Shown here: positions 54,853-64,000 of the stretch, piece after piece
How the letters are laid out: every line of letters begins with the position of its first letter
How positions within the stretch are numbered: position 1 is the stretch's first letter
Assembly: GCA_038133485.1 (NCBI GenBank)
Contig: JAYPTH010000005.1
Location: forward strand, 247-64,246
Origin: Gammaproteobacteria bacterium
Lineage (GTDB): Bacteria > Pseudomonadota > Gammaproteobacteria > Magnimaribacterales > TMED112
DNA length: 64,000 nt
Direction of reading: 5' to 3'
The notes under the pieces: generated by a model
What the model was told of the DNA's origin: nothing
Databases searched by the model: none
What the model saw: only the letters and a program-made list of their open reading frames with translations
Position numbers and translations under genes: made by a program

Positions 54853-57396
54853 GTGAAAACTTATTTAAAAATTGCACTCCTCCTCGCTTCCACTTTTTTA
54901 TTTGCCCAGGAAAGCGATACAGAAATTAACACTGAAACAATAGAGGACGTTGTAGTTTCTGTCAGCTTTATCCCTGATGAGAAAAGAGATACTAGTGAGA
55001 TTTCCAATGTTCTTTCTTCAGAGGATATGACTTTAGCTGGAGATAGTGCAGCATCAGATGCTCTTAAAAGGGTTACAGGTTTAAGTTTGGTAAAGGGAAA
55101 ATACGTATATGTTAGAGGCTTAGGTGAGCGTTACTCATCTGCTTTACTCAATGGTGTATTACTACCAAGCCCAGAACCTCTTAAACGTGTTGTACCTTTT
55201 GATATTTTTCCAACCTCAGTGCTAGAAAGTGTTCTAGTACAAAAAACTTACTCTGCTCAATATCCAGGAGAATTTGGTGGTGGAGTTATTGATATGAGAA
55301 CAAAATTGATACCAGATTCCAAATTTTATGAATTTGGCATCTCCTTTGCCTATGATTCTCTTGCAACGAACACAAATGCACCTTTAATGCCGGGATTTAG
55401 CGGCGACTGGAGCGGCTATGATGATGGGTCTAGAAACTTACCTTCAAGCCTGCAGCCATTTTACGCAAATGGGGATTTTGTTTCACTCTCCAATGGGTCA
55501 TATGCTGAATTAACCACGGCAGGACAAAATTTTGGTGGCGAATGGATGCCGGTTGATTCAAAGTTAAACCCAGCTTTAGGCTTGAATTTTAGCTATGGCA
55601 ATTCTTTCGATTTTAACTTTGGCAAGGTTGGCATTGTTTTAAGTGGGGGATACGATAACGACTCCTCCAATACCCCAGACATCAAAAGAACAAATTATGC
55701 TAGAGGCTCAAATAATAATTTGGTTTCAAGAGACACTTATGATGTGCAAAAAACAAACAACCAAATAGACACAAATATTTTAACTTCTATTGGATGGGAT
55801 ATCGATGGAATGAATTACTTGCAACTTACTAACTTGCTAGTTAGGAAGACCGATAACAGATTAACTTTAAGTGAAGGCAAGAATGTTGAGGCTGATTTTT
55901 TTGCAAAAAGTACAAAATTTGAGTGGGTGGAGAGACAAATTAATTCCCTAACCCTCTCAGGAAATCATGATTTCAATTTTGGATTGTATATTGATTGGAG
56001 AATAGGGCATGCCGATGGGAAGCGAGTAGCCCCATTCGAAAGAGAATATTTCTATGAATGTGAAGAATCCTTCATTGAAAATTGTGGTGGAAAATATGAA
56101 TTTTCACGTCGTTCTGATAGTAATTCAACACAATTTTCATGGCTTAATGATGATGCAACTGAGGTTGCCATAGATTTCACGTATCCTTTCCAATCTACAT
56201 CTAATGAGCTGGAACTAAGGTTTGGTGTTAAGCAGTCCACTAAAGAACGACAAACTGATGTAAAAAGATACCGATTTTTACCAGATTTTGTGAATGGCTC
56301 ATTGTTTTCTTCACAAGATTTTCGAAGACAAACCATTGATAAAATTATGGCTTCAGAAAATTTCAGACTAGATAGATCTGGATTAATTTTATTAGAAGAA
56401 ACACTTAATACCGATAACTACGAAGGGAGTTTGACAATTGATGCAGCGTATATCTCTTTAGAAACAACATTAAATGATAACCTCGAAATCACTACTGGTT
56501 TTAGATCAGAAAATTCTGATATTGAGGTAACAACACAAACTTACTTTGGGGGATTAAATTCAGCTGTATCAGCCGACGAGCTTAATAAAGTATTGCCTGC
56601 TTTAACTGCAACCTACAGCTTTAACGATAGTATGCAGCTGAGGTTTGGCTATAGTGAAACATTATCAAGACCACAATTTAGAGAAATGAGCCCCGTTCTT
56701 TATGTCAATTTTGATACTGACAGGCTCGAAAGAGGCTTCCTTGGCTTAAAATCTTCTGAGATAACTAATTTGGACTTACGTTACGAATGGTATTTTGGGT
56801 TCAATGAATCTTTAACTCTGTCATTTTTCAACAAAGATTTTATAAACCCAATTGAACAAGTTCTTGAAGCAGCAGCAACTAGCGATTATGTGAGTTACCG
56901 TAATGCACAGTCAGCAGAACTTAATGGTGTAGAGTTTGAGGTTGAAAAACAACTTGGAGAGCTAATAACTGGATATGATTTTTTTGTTAAGTTTAACTAT
57001 ACCCTGACAGAATCAAATGCAGTCACCAATCCAGAGTTCGTAGTTTTGTCTTCCTATGACGACAGACCTTTGGTGGGTCAGCCTGAGGATATTGTTAATT
57101 TTCAATTTGGATATTACGGCGCCAATGATACTCAGCTGAGCCTCAACTACAACGATGTTGGTGAAAGAATAAGAGAGCTTGGCACAGATGTCATTCCAAA
57201 TGTTACCGAAGATCTACCACCATTGCTTGACTTAGTTTTTAGCAAGGAAATACAAGCCTGGGATGGCACATTAGATCTATCAATCAAATGGAGAAATATT
57301 CTTGAAGATCAGTACGAAGCGTTACAAGGCAGTGAAGTATTTGAATCTTATTCTTCTAGTTCTGCTATTTCATTTGGTTTGAAATATAGCTATTAA
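54853..57396 (+). CDS. TonB-dependent outer membrane receptor
   Basis: Signal peptide ...LFAQE, TonB-box-like EDVVVSV, plug region (RVTGLSLVKGKYVYVRGLGERYS), long beta-barrel, terminal aromatic ...GLKYSY. GTG start. Confidence 0.9.
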   Translation: MKTYLKIALLLASTFLFAQESDTEINTETIEDVVVSVSFIPDEKRDTSEISNVLSSEDMTLAGDSAASDALKRVTGLSLVKGKYVYVRGLGERYSSALLNGVLLPSPEPLKRVVPFDIFPTSVLESVLVQKTYSAQYPGEFGGGVIDMRTKLIPDSKFYEFGISFAYDSLATNTNAPLMPGFSGDWSGYDDGSRNLPSSLQPFYANGDFVSLSNGSYAELTTAGQNFGGEWMPVDSKLNPALGLNFSYGNSFDFNFGKVGIVLSGGYDNDSSNTPDIKRTNYARGSNNNLVSRDTYDVQKTNNQIDTNILTSIGWDIDGMNYLQLTNLLVRKTDNRLTLSEGKNVEADFFAKSTKFEWVERQINSLTLSGNHDFNFGLYIDWRIGHADGKRVAPFEREYFYECEESFIENCGGKYEFSRRSDSNSTQFSWLNDDATEVAIDFTYPFQSTSNELELRFGVKQSTKERQTDVKRYRFLPDFVNGSLFSSQDFRRQTIDKIMASENFRLDRSGLILLEETLNTDNYEGSLTIDAAYISLETTLNDNLEITTGFRSENSDIEVTTQTYFGGLNSAVSADELNKVLPALTATYSFNDSMQLRFGYSETLSRPQFREMSPVLYVNFDTDRLERGFLGLKSSEITNLDLRYEWYFGFNESLTLSFFNKDFINPIEQVLEAAATSDYVSYRNAQSAELNGVEFEVEKQLGELITGYDFFVKFNYTLTESNAVTNPEFVVLSSYDDRPLVGQPEDIVNFQFGYYGANDTQLSLNYNDVGERIRELGTDVIPNVTEDLPPLLDLVFSKEIQAWDGTLDLSIKWRNILEDQYEALQGSEVFESYSSSSAISFGLKYSY

Positions 57397-57786
57397 ATGA
57401 AAAGTGTCTTATTTGTTTGTGTAGAAAATGCTTGTAGAAGTCAGCTGGCTGAAGCAATAAGCAATAGTTATTACGGCTATGCACTACAAGCATCCTCCGC
57501 TGGCTCAAGACCCGCTGACAGAGTTAACCCTAAAGCTATTTCATCTTTATTGCGCTTGGGATTAAGCATAGAGCCTAACCAGCCTAAAGATGTCAAAACT
57601 TATGAAAATGACCACTTTGACTATGTGGTAACGATGGGTTGCGGAGATAAGTGTCCTCATATCCCTGGAGCTATAGTATTTGATTGGCAAATACCAGATC
57701 CAAAGCATATGTCGGATAGTGATTTTGATGCAATAAGAGATTTGATTGATTTAAAAATTCAATCAGAGTTAATATCAGATGCTTAA
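57397..57786 (+). CDS. arsC: Arsenate reductase, low-molecular-weight phosphatase type
   Basis: P-loop VLFVCVENACRSQLAE (CX5R-S) and downstream Cys pair MGCGDKCP. The ATG immediately follows the receptor's TAA stop. Confidence 0.8.
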   Translation: MKSVLFVCVENACRSQLAEAISNSYYGYALQASSAGSRPADRVNPKAISSLLRLGLSIEPNQPKDVKTYENDHFDYVVTMGCGDKCPHIPGAIVFDWQIPDPKHMSDSDFDAIRDLIDLKIQSELISDA

Positions 57787-58411
57787 ACAATTGATAGCAG
57801 AATTATTTGGAACAGCTTTGCTTGTAAGTGTTGTGATCGGATCTGGCATTATGGCTGAACGACTCGCAGCTGGTAATGAGGCGGTCATGCTTTTAGCAAA
57901 TAGTTTTGCTACTTTTCTTGGGTTGTTTTTCTTGATAACTATACTGGGCCGCATAAGTGCACAATTTAACCCGGTTGTCTCAATGGTTATGTTGCTTGAG
58001 AAAAAAATTTCTAATGCTCAATTCTTATTATTTAGCTTATTCCAGATCCTTGGTGCCTTGGTTGGGGTAGTTATGACAAATTTTATGTTTGACCTAGACC
58101 CCATTTCACTGGCTCAAAAATCAAGATATGGAGTAAATTTATGGGTTTCTGAAATCATAGCTACTGCAATGTTAATTATTGTGATTCTCTCTTCTCCTCC
58201 AAAAAAAGTTGCAATTATGGTTGCGTCATTTATTGGCGCTGCCTATTGGTTCACCTCTTCAACATCCTTTGCCAATCCTGCAGTTACGTTTGGAAGAATG
58301 TTTTCAGATACTTTTACAGGCATTTATGCTTTTGATGCTCTTTATTTCATGCTTGCACAAATACTTGGTGCAATTTTAGGTTTATTTTTTTACCGTTATC
58401 TCTGGAAATAA
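57779..58411 (+). CDS. MIP-family channel (aquaglyceroporin/AqpS-like)
   Basis: Six TM helices with FNPVVS and ANPAVTFGR half-helix motifs. 210 aa. Overlaps arsC by 8 nt. Confidence 0.82.
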   Translation: MLKQLIAELFGTALLVSVVIGSGIMAERLAAGNEAVMLLANSFATFLGLFFLITILGRISAQFNPVVSMVMLLEKKISNAQFLLFSLFQILGALVGVVMTNFMFDLDPISLAQKSRYGVNLWVSEIIATAMLIIVILSSPPKKVAIMVASFIGAAYWFTSSTSFANPAVTFGRMFSDTFTGIYAFDALYFMLAQILGAILGLFFYRYLWK

Positions 58412-58412
58412 T

Positions 58413-59993
58413 CTAATCTACTTTCCCAGGACCATAAAGTACCCTTCCGGGTTTTGAAAGATTGTGAACTCCATCACTTACAACAATTTGTCCATTTACT
58501 ATCACATACTCAACTCCTGTTGAATATTGGTGGGGAGCTTGAAAGGTTGCATTATCAGAAATCTTCTCAGGGTTAAAAATAGTAATGTCAGCATAATAAC
58601 CTTCTTTAATTAATCCTCTTTTATTGAGTGATATGATTTTGGCAGGCAGGGAAGTCATTTTTCTAATAGCCTCTTCTAGACTTATGACATTGCTTTCTCT
58701 TACATATTTGCCAAGAACTCTCGGAAAGGTGCCATAGGATCTTGGATGTGGTCTGCTTTCGCCAAAAGGCATTAGTGGTCCATCTGAAGCAATAGCAGCA
58801 TTCGGATGTTGCATAATAAATTTAACATCATCATCACTGATCGCATGAAATACTGCTCGTGCATAACCACCTTCAATAATTTCAAAGACCGTCTCTGCAG
58901 CATTTTCAGGTGTGGCTTCTAGACCTTTTGCAATTGTTATTTCAGCAAGATTTTTGCCTTCAAGAGAGGTGTCCCATTTGGCTTCAGAAATCACTACATT
59001 TTTTGGATTTCCCCCACCACGATCGAAAAGTATTTTTCTTATAACCTCCTCTTTGATCTGATTACGTGTTTGTTGATTATTTAGTCGATCTAACAAAGCT
59101 TTTCTTCCTCCAGCTTGGGCCCATTGAGGTATTAAAGCCGTAATACTGGTTTGGGATGCGGTATAAGGATATTGATCAAGATAGACTATATGACCATTTT
59201 TATTTGCCTCATCAACCAATGCTAATGTCTTAGATGACATACCCCAATTTTCTTTGCCTATAACTTTATGATGAGTGATATGAGCTGGCAAATTGCCAGC
59301 AATCCCTATATCAATTGTTTCAGTGACAGAATCTAGAATCTTATCGGCTTCATCACGCATATGAGATATATAAATTCCACCGCTCGAACCTACAATCTTT
59401 GCAAGTTCGATTATTTCTTCCTTAGAGCTAAAATTTCCAGGCACATAAAATAAACCTGATGAGAGACCTAGAGCCCCCTCATCCATTGCCTCTTGAGTTA
59501 ACCGTTTCATTTTCTCTAACTCAGCATCTGTTGGTAGTCTATTTTCTAAACCCATAACTGCTTCCCTTATGGTGCCCTGACCAATAAAAACAGCCCAATT
59601 TGGCGTTATACCGGTTTGTTCAATTTTTTGATAATGTTCTCCAATAGGAAAAGGTGAGCTACCATCATTTCCATCAGTTAAAGTAGTAACACCTTGATAA
59701 ATGAATGCTTCTGCAGTGGGAACTTCAAAAATACCACGCACTGCATGGGTATGGACATCTATGAAACCAGGAGCAACTATTAAATTGCTAACATCTATAT
59801 TTTCTTTTGCTTGAAAATTTTTTAACTCACCAATACTTACTATTTTGTCATCTTTGATACCAATATCAGTTTGATACTTAGGGCTGCCACTGCCATCAAT
59901 AATTACTCCATTTCTAATAATCAAGTCATATTCAGGTTGATCTGAACATGATGAAACAATTATAAAAATAGCGAAAAGTAAGATTTTTTTCAT
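58413..59993 (-). CDS. N-acyl-D-amino-acid deacylase family amidohydrolase, lipoprotein
   Basis: Lipobox FIIVSSCS, PGFIDVHTHA metal motif, D-aminoacylase-like insert and C-terminal GYYADITIF..VNG. Confidence 0.82.
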   Translation of the reverse strand: MKKILLFAIFIIVSSCSDQPEYDLIIRNGVIIDGSGSPKYQTDIGIKDDKIVSIGELKNFQAKENIDVSNLIVAPGFIDVHTHAVRGIFEVPTAEAFIYQGVTTLTDGNDGSSPFPIGEHYQKIEQTGITPNWAVFIGQGTIREAVMGLENRLPTDAELEKMKRLTQEAMDEGALGLSSGLFYVPGNFSSKEEIIELAKIVGSSGGIYISHMRDEADKILDSVTETIDIGIAGNLPAHITHHKVIGKENWGMSSKTLALVDEANKNGHIVYLDQYPYTASQTSITALIPQWAQAGGRKALLDRLNNQQTRNQIKEEVIRKILFDRGGGNPKNVVISEAKWDTSLEGKNLAEITIAKGLEATPENAAETVFEIIEGGYARAVFHAISDDDVKFIMQHPNAAIASDGPLMPFGESRPHPRSYGTFPRVLGKYVRESNVISLEEAIRKMTSLPAKIISLNKRGLIKEGYYADITIFNPEKISDNATFQAPHQYSTGVEYVIVNGQIVVSDGVHNLSKPGRVLYGPGKVD

Positions 59994-60044
59994 TGGCCTA
60001 ATTTTTTAAGTTTAATGTAAGATAGAGTCATTGGGGTAATATCT

Positions 60045-61139
60045 ATGAGACATTTTTTTATAACATTTTTTATTTTTTTATTATGTGAATTCCTAGCGTC
60101 AGAGGATTTTAAATACAACCAAATTGGTAAAGCACAAAAAGATCCTTGGAGTTTGGCATTTATAGATGAGGACAGATTTTTATTATCTGATTTATCGGGT
60201 GAGTTATCGGTTATCTCATTATCATCTGGAGAAAAGCTTTACAACTTAAAAGGTGTACCTGAGGTCGCTTATGGTAGTCAAGGCGGGCTGTCAGATGTAA
60301 AAGTTGATCCAGATTTTGCTAACAACAGTTACGTTTATTTAACATACTCAGCTAAGGATGCTGATCAGAATAATGCAGTCACCTTATTTGTTGGTAAAGG
60401 CGAATTAGTTGATGATGAGTTAAGAAATTTCACTGTAATTTTTAAAGCAATTGCTCCAAGAAGAGTGCCAGTTCATATGGGGGCAAAGATGGCATTTCTT
60501 TCAGATTCGACACTGTTAGTTACAAGTGGTGATGCTTATGATAAAAGAGAGAAGGCTCAGACCTTAGATAATCACTACGGCAAAATTATACGTATAAACC
60601 TCGATGGCAGCGTACCAGAAGATAACCCATTTATCGGGCAAGAGGGAGCTTTACCAGAGATTTACAGTTATGGTCACAGAAATATGCAGGGTTTATTGGT
60701 TTTGTCTGATGGGACGATAATCGAGCACGAGCATGGCCCCAGAGGTGGCGATGAATTAAACATTATTGAGCCGGGGAAAAACTATGGATGGCCAGCTATT
60801 TGCTATTGCATTGACTATTCAGGCGCATCAATAACACCTTTCACAGAAAAAGAGGGCATGGAACAACCGCTAAAATATTGGCGCCCATCAATTGCCCCTT
60901 CAGGGTTTATTTTTTATAACAGTGATTACTTTCCTGAATGGAATGGACATTTTTTTGTTTCAGCTTTAGCTGCAAAAGATGTAAGAAAACTTAACATTCA
61001 GGGTAATCTGGTTAAAGAGGAAATCTTATTCTCTGATTTAGAAGCCAGAATTAGAAATATTTACCAAACTCCCAAAGGATCACTCCTTTTGCTAGTTGAT
61101 GGCCCTGATGGCAGATTAATTGAAGTAACCAAACAGTGA
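60045..61139 (+). CDS. PQQ-dependent soluble sugar (glucose/sorbosone) dehydrogenase-like beta-propeller
   Basis: Signal peptide followed by GHRNMQGL, HEHGPRGGDELN and KNYGWP motifs of the YliI/sorbosone dehydrogenase family. Confidence 0.82.
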   Translation: MRHFFITFFIFLLCEFLASEDFKYNQIGKAQKDPWSLAFIDEDRFLLSDLSGELSVISLSSGEKLYNLKGVPEVAYGSQGGLSDVKVDPDFANNSYVYLTYSAKDADQNNAVTLFVGKGELVDDELRNFTVIFKAIAPRRVPVHMGAKMAFLSDSTLLVTSGDAYDKREKAQTLDNHYGKIIRINLDGSVPEDNPFIGQEGALPEIYSYGHRNMQGLLVLSDGTIIEHEHGPRGGDELNIIEPGKNYGWPAICYCIDYSGASITPFTEKEGMEQPLKYWRPSIAPSGFIFYNSDYFPEWNGHFFVSALAAKDVRKLNIQGNLVKEEILFSDLEARIRNIYQTPKGSLLLLVDGPDGRLIEVTKQ

Positions 61140-61960
61140 AGTTTCTAAGGTACCCAATTTTTTTGATTACTGCAGCCGCTGTTGCTGTTGCTTTGGTTAC
61201 GCCAATTACATCTATTTCTAATCTCCTTTGGTTAGGGGCATCAGGCATGGAGCCAAATTTATTTATCTGGTTAAAAGTAATTCTTTTTGACCTCTTTTCA
61301 TTAGGGCTTCCTTTAGTAATTGTCTTTTCGATAGGTTTTGCTATTGCTTTTATAGTTGCTGGCTTAATAGCTAAAGTTATAAAAGTAAATTCCCCTCATC
61401 TTTATGGCCTAGCAGGCGCTACTGCAATAGGTATGGCGCTTTATTTAATGGTTGAGTTGCTTTTTCAGACCCAACTCCTTGGTGGCAATAGAACTTTGAT
61501 TGGTTCTTTGTTTCATGTGGTTGCTGGTTATATTGGAGGCTTAAGTTACTATAGTTTTATGCAAAAAGATTTCACTATTAAGAGCATCATACGCTTCTTA
61601 GCAGCTATACCCTTGGCATTAATTTTAGTGACAACATTTAATTGGATTTTTGATCCCGCAACTGCCGCTGAAGGGTTTGGTTTCACCTTCAGTGAGATTT
61701 CTGATTTAGGAAGAAATACCTTGATTAGAGACATGACAGCTTTTTTTATGGCAAACGCTATTTTCTATCTTCTGGGTATTTTTACACTCAACCATACTTG
61801 GTTTTATGCATCTGGCACAATTTATGGTTCGGCTTTTATTTTTAATTTAATGGCAATAAATTTTTATAATACCAGCCAAAACCCTGCCTTAATTTTTGAA
61901 GCTGTATTTACCATATGGTCATTTGGTTTAGGGTTTTGGTTAAAAAACAAATCATTTTAA
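61136..61960 (+). CDS. Hypothetical polytopic membrane protein
   Basis: 274 aa with ~7-8 hydrophobic segments. GTG start in a GTGA overlap with the dehydrogenase stop. No family recognised. Confidence 0.5.
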   Translation: MKFLRYPIFLITAAAVAVALVTPITSISNLLWLGASGMEPNLFIWLKVILFDLFSLGLPLVIVFSIGFAIAFIVAGLIAKVIKVNSPHLYGLAGATAIGMALYLMVELLFQTQLLGGNRTLIGSLFHVVAGYIGGLSYYSFMQKDFTIKSIIRFLAAIPLALILVTTFNWIFDPATAAEGFGFTFSEISDLGRNTLIRDMTAFFMANAIFYLLGIFTLNHTWFYASGTIYGSAFIFNLMAINFYNTSQNPALIFEAVFTIWSFGLGFWLKNKSF

Positions 61961-62018
61961 AGATTGATCACTTTTTTCTTTAAAGAGATTGCTGTTAATC
62001 ATATAATGTCTTCTCTTC

Positions 62019-62095
<77 letters not shown>

Positions 62096-62129
62096 TTCAT
62101 TTCTCATTTAAGTTATCTATAATTAAAAG

Positions 62130-62372
62130 GTGAATAAGTACTGGCAGGAAAACTTAAAGATTATTTCAATTCTGCTTTCAGTGTGGTTTATTGTTTCTTT
62201 TGGTTTTGGCATTCTATTTTCTGACTTTTTAGACCAGTTTAGGTTTGGTGGTTTTAAATTAGGTTTTTGGTTTGCGCAGCAAGGCAGCATCTTCTTTTTT
62301 GTTATTCTGATTTTCATTTATGTGCATCTACTCAATAAGCTCGATGATAAATATAAAAAGGATAAAGAGTGA
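62130..62372 (+). CDS. DUF4212 small membrane subunit of a sodium:solute symporter
   Basis: 80 aa, two TM, YWQENLKII..GFWFAQQGSI pattern. GTG start. GTGA overlap with the following SSS permease. Confidence 0.8.
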   Translation: MNKYWQENLKIISILLSVWFIVSFGFGILFSDFLDQFRFGGFKLGFWFAQQGSIFFFVILIFIYVHLLNKLDDKYKKDKE

Positions 62373-64000
62373 GCACCCAGTTATTAACTTATCTATTTGT
62401 AGGCATTACCTTTGCACTTTACATAGGAATAGCTTTCTGGAGTAAGGCCAAAGATACTGGTGATTTCTATGTCGCTGGTAAGGGAGTGCATCCCGTTGCC
62501 AACGGAATGGCAACAGCAGCTGATTGGATGTCTGCTGCATCTTTCATCTCTATTGCTGGCATTATTGCTTTTTCAGGTCGCGATGGTTCTGTCTACTTAA
62601 TGGGTTGGACGGGCGGCTATGTTTTATTAGCTTTATTGTTGGCACCTTATCTTAGAAAATTTGGGAAATATACAGTACCTGAATTCATAGGCACAAGATA
62701 TTATTCCGATGTGGCACGTGTGGTAGCAGTTTTGTGTCTTATCTTTATTTCATTTACATACATTGCTGGCCAAATGCGAGGTGTTGGCATTGTTTTCTCA
62801 AGGTTTCTTGAAGTTGATATTAATCTTGGTGTTGTAATTGGTATGTTCATAGTTTTTTTCTATGCCGTTATGGGAGGTATGAAAGGAATTACTTATACAC
62901 AAGTGGCTCAATACTGCGTTTTGATATTTGCCTACTTAGTTCCAGCAATCTTTATCTCAATTCTCGTTACAGGCAATCCAGTTCCACAGCTTGGCTTTGG
63001 AGACACCCTAGCAGGAAGCTCTGAATATTTGCTTGATAAGTTAGATAGAATTACTACAGATTTGGGTTTTGTGCCCTATACAGAAAATACTAAAAGCACT
63101 CTTGATATATTTTGTATCACAGCAGCTTTAATGTTTGGCACAGCTGGGTTGCCACATGTAATAGTTCGTTTCTTCACCGTACCTAAGGTTAAAGATGCTC
63201 GCAAGTCCGTGGGCTATGCATTGGTATTTATAGCATTACTATTTACAACTGCACCTGCTGTTGGAGCGTTTGCAAGAGTCAACCTGACAGACTCATTGCA
63301 AGACACTAAATACGTTGATGCTCCAGAATGGTTTAGAAATTGGGAAAATATTGGTCTTATAGCTTGGAAAGACAAGAATGAAGATGGATCAATTCAGTAT
63401 TCTGCTGGCAATGCTTTCGAGGGAGTAAAAATTAATTTTTCCGAAGAGCGAGGTGAACATGGGGAAAGGGTGGTTATTAATGAAAGCAACTACACAAACC
63501 AAAATGAGTTGTATATTGACCGAGATATTATGGTTTTAGCGAATCCAGAAATTGCCAGCCTGCCACCCTGGGTGTTTGCTTTAGTTGCTGCGGGAGCATT
63601 GGCTGCCGCACTTTCAACTGCAGCGGGTCTGTTATTGGTTATATCTTCATCAATTTCTCACGATTTAATGAAAAATACATTTCGACCGAATATCACAGAA
63701 AAACAAGAATTATTGTATGCAAGGATGGCTGCTACAGTTGCAATAGTTATAGCCGGCTACTTTGGCATTAATCCACCGGGGTTTGTGGCTCAAGTGGTGG
63801 CTTTAGCATTTGGCCTTGCTGCTTCAACTATATTTCCTGCCTTGCTAATGGGCATATTTTATAAGCCAGCAAATAAAGAGGGGGTAATTGTAGGGATGAT
63901 AATAGGTCTAGTTGCAACATTGACATACATTATTTATTTCAAATTTATTGCTCCAGAGTTGAACGTTGCATCTCATTGGTTTTTAGGTATTTCACCAGAG
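62369..64000 (+). CDS. Sodium:solute symporter family permease (ActP/VC_2705-like large subunit), 3' end beyond the window
   Basis: Not in the ORF track because it is open-ended. Manual translation from the GTG at 62369 gives MSTQLLTYLFVGITFALYIGIAFWSKAKDTGDFYVAGKGVHPVANGMATAADWMSAASFISIAG.... The frame stays open for 544 codons to the window end. Confidence 0.85.
   Translation, partial: MSTQLLTYLFVGITFALYIGIAFWSKAKDTGDFYVAGKGVHPVANGMATAADWMSAASFISIAGIIAFSGRDGSVYLMGWTGGYVLLALLLAPYLRKFGKYTVPEFIGTRYYSDVARVVAVLCLIFISFTYIAGQMRGVGIVFSRFLEVDINLGVVIGMFIVFFYAVMGGMKGITYTQVAQYCVLIFAYLVPAIFISILVTGNPVPQLGFGDTLAGSSEYLLDKLDRITTDLGFVPYTENTKSTLDIFCITAALMFGTAGLPHVIVRFFTVPKVKDARKSVGYALVFIALLFTTAPAVGAFARVNLTDSLQDTKYVDAPEWFRNWENIGLIAWKDKNEDGSIQYSAGNAFEGVKINFSEERGEHGERVVINESNYTNQNELYIDRDIMVLANPEIASLPPWVFALVAAGALAAALSTAAGLLLVISSSISHDLMKNTFRPNITEKQELLYARMAATVAIVIAGYFGINPPGFVAQVVALAFGLAASTIFPALLMGIFYKPANKEGVIVGMIIGLVATLTYIIYFKFIAPELNVASHWFLGISPE

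Overview
This is a visibly AT-rich, very tightly packed chromosomal segment. Gene content and local synteny look gammaproteobacterial: mutY-yggX, yqiB-yqiA, ubiC-ubiA, yicC-gmk-rpoZ-spoT, rpsU<>tsaD-folB-folK, pepP-ubiH, rpmE<>priA, and hemJ-erpA-anmK-M23<>tyrS. The style resembles streamlined marine lineages such as SAR86, but that is inference only. Almost everything is housekeeping: about 70 CDS, 2 tRNAs, and many 1-, 4- or 8-nt start/stop overlaps. I found no integrase, transposase, CRISPR array, restriction-modification, toxin-antitoxin or recognisable defence module, so I do not claim a novel defence-type system.

The features that stand out are:
- Two tandem glutamine-riboswitch-like (glnA RNA motif) aptamers lie in the glnA leader. 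They differ by a compensatory base-pair change.
- An accessory-looking uptake locus at about 50.3-58.4 kb has two outer-membrane-type lipoproteins with (TPAP)n linkers encoded by 12-nt tandem repeats. One is a 989-aa internally duplicated protein. The locus also has a 21-nt perfect palindrome operator candidate, a strong intrinsic terminator and a TonB-dependent receptor abutting an arsC-MIP channel pair.
- A CinA-C/PncC-like domain is fused to a NadD-like nucleotidyltransferase.
- A membrane pyrophosphatase carries motifs that predict K+-dependent, possibly Na+-pumping, behaviour.
- A 59-aa coiled-coil ORF is missing from the ORF track.
- In a secreted amidohydrolase pair, the second member has lost the HxH metal motif.

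All family calls come from motifs read in the translations. No database search was run.
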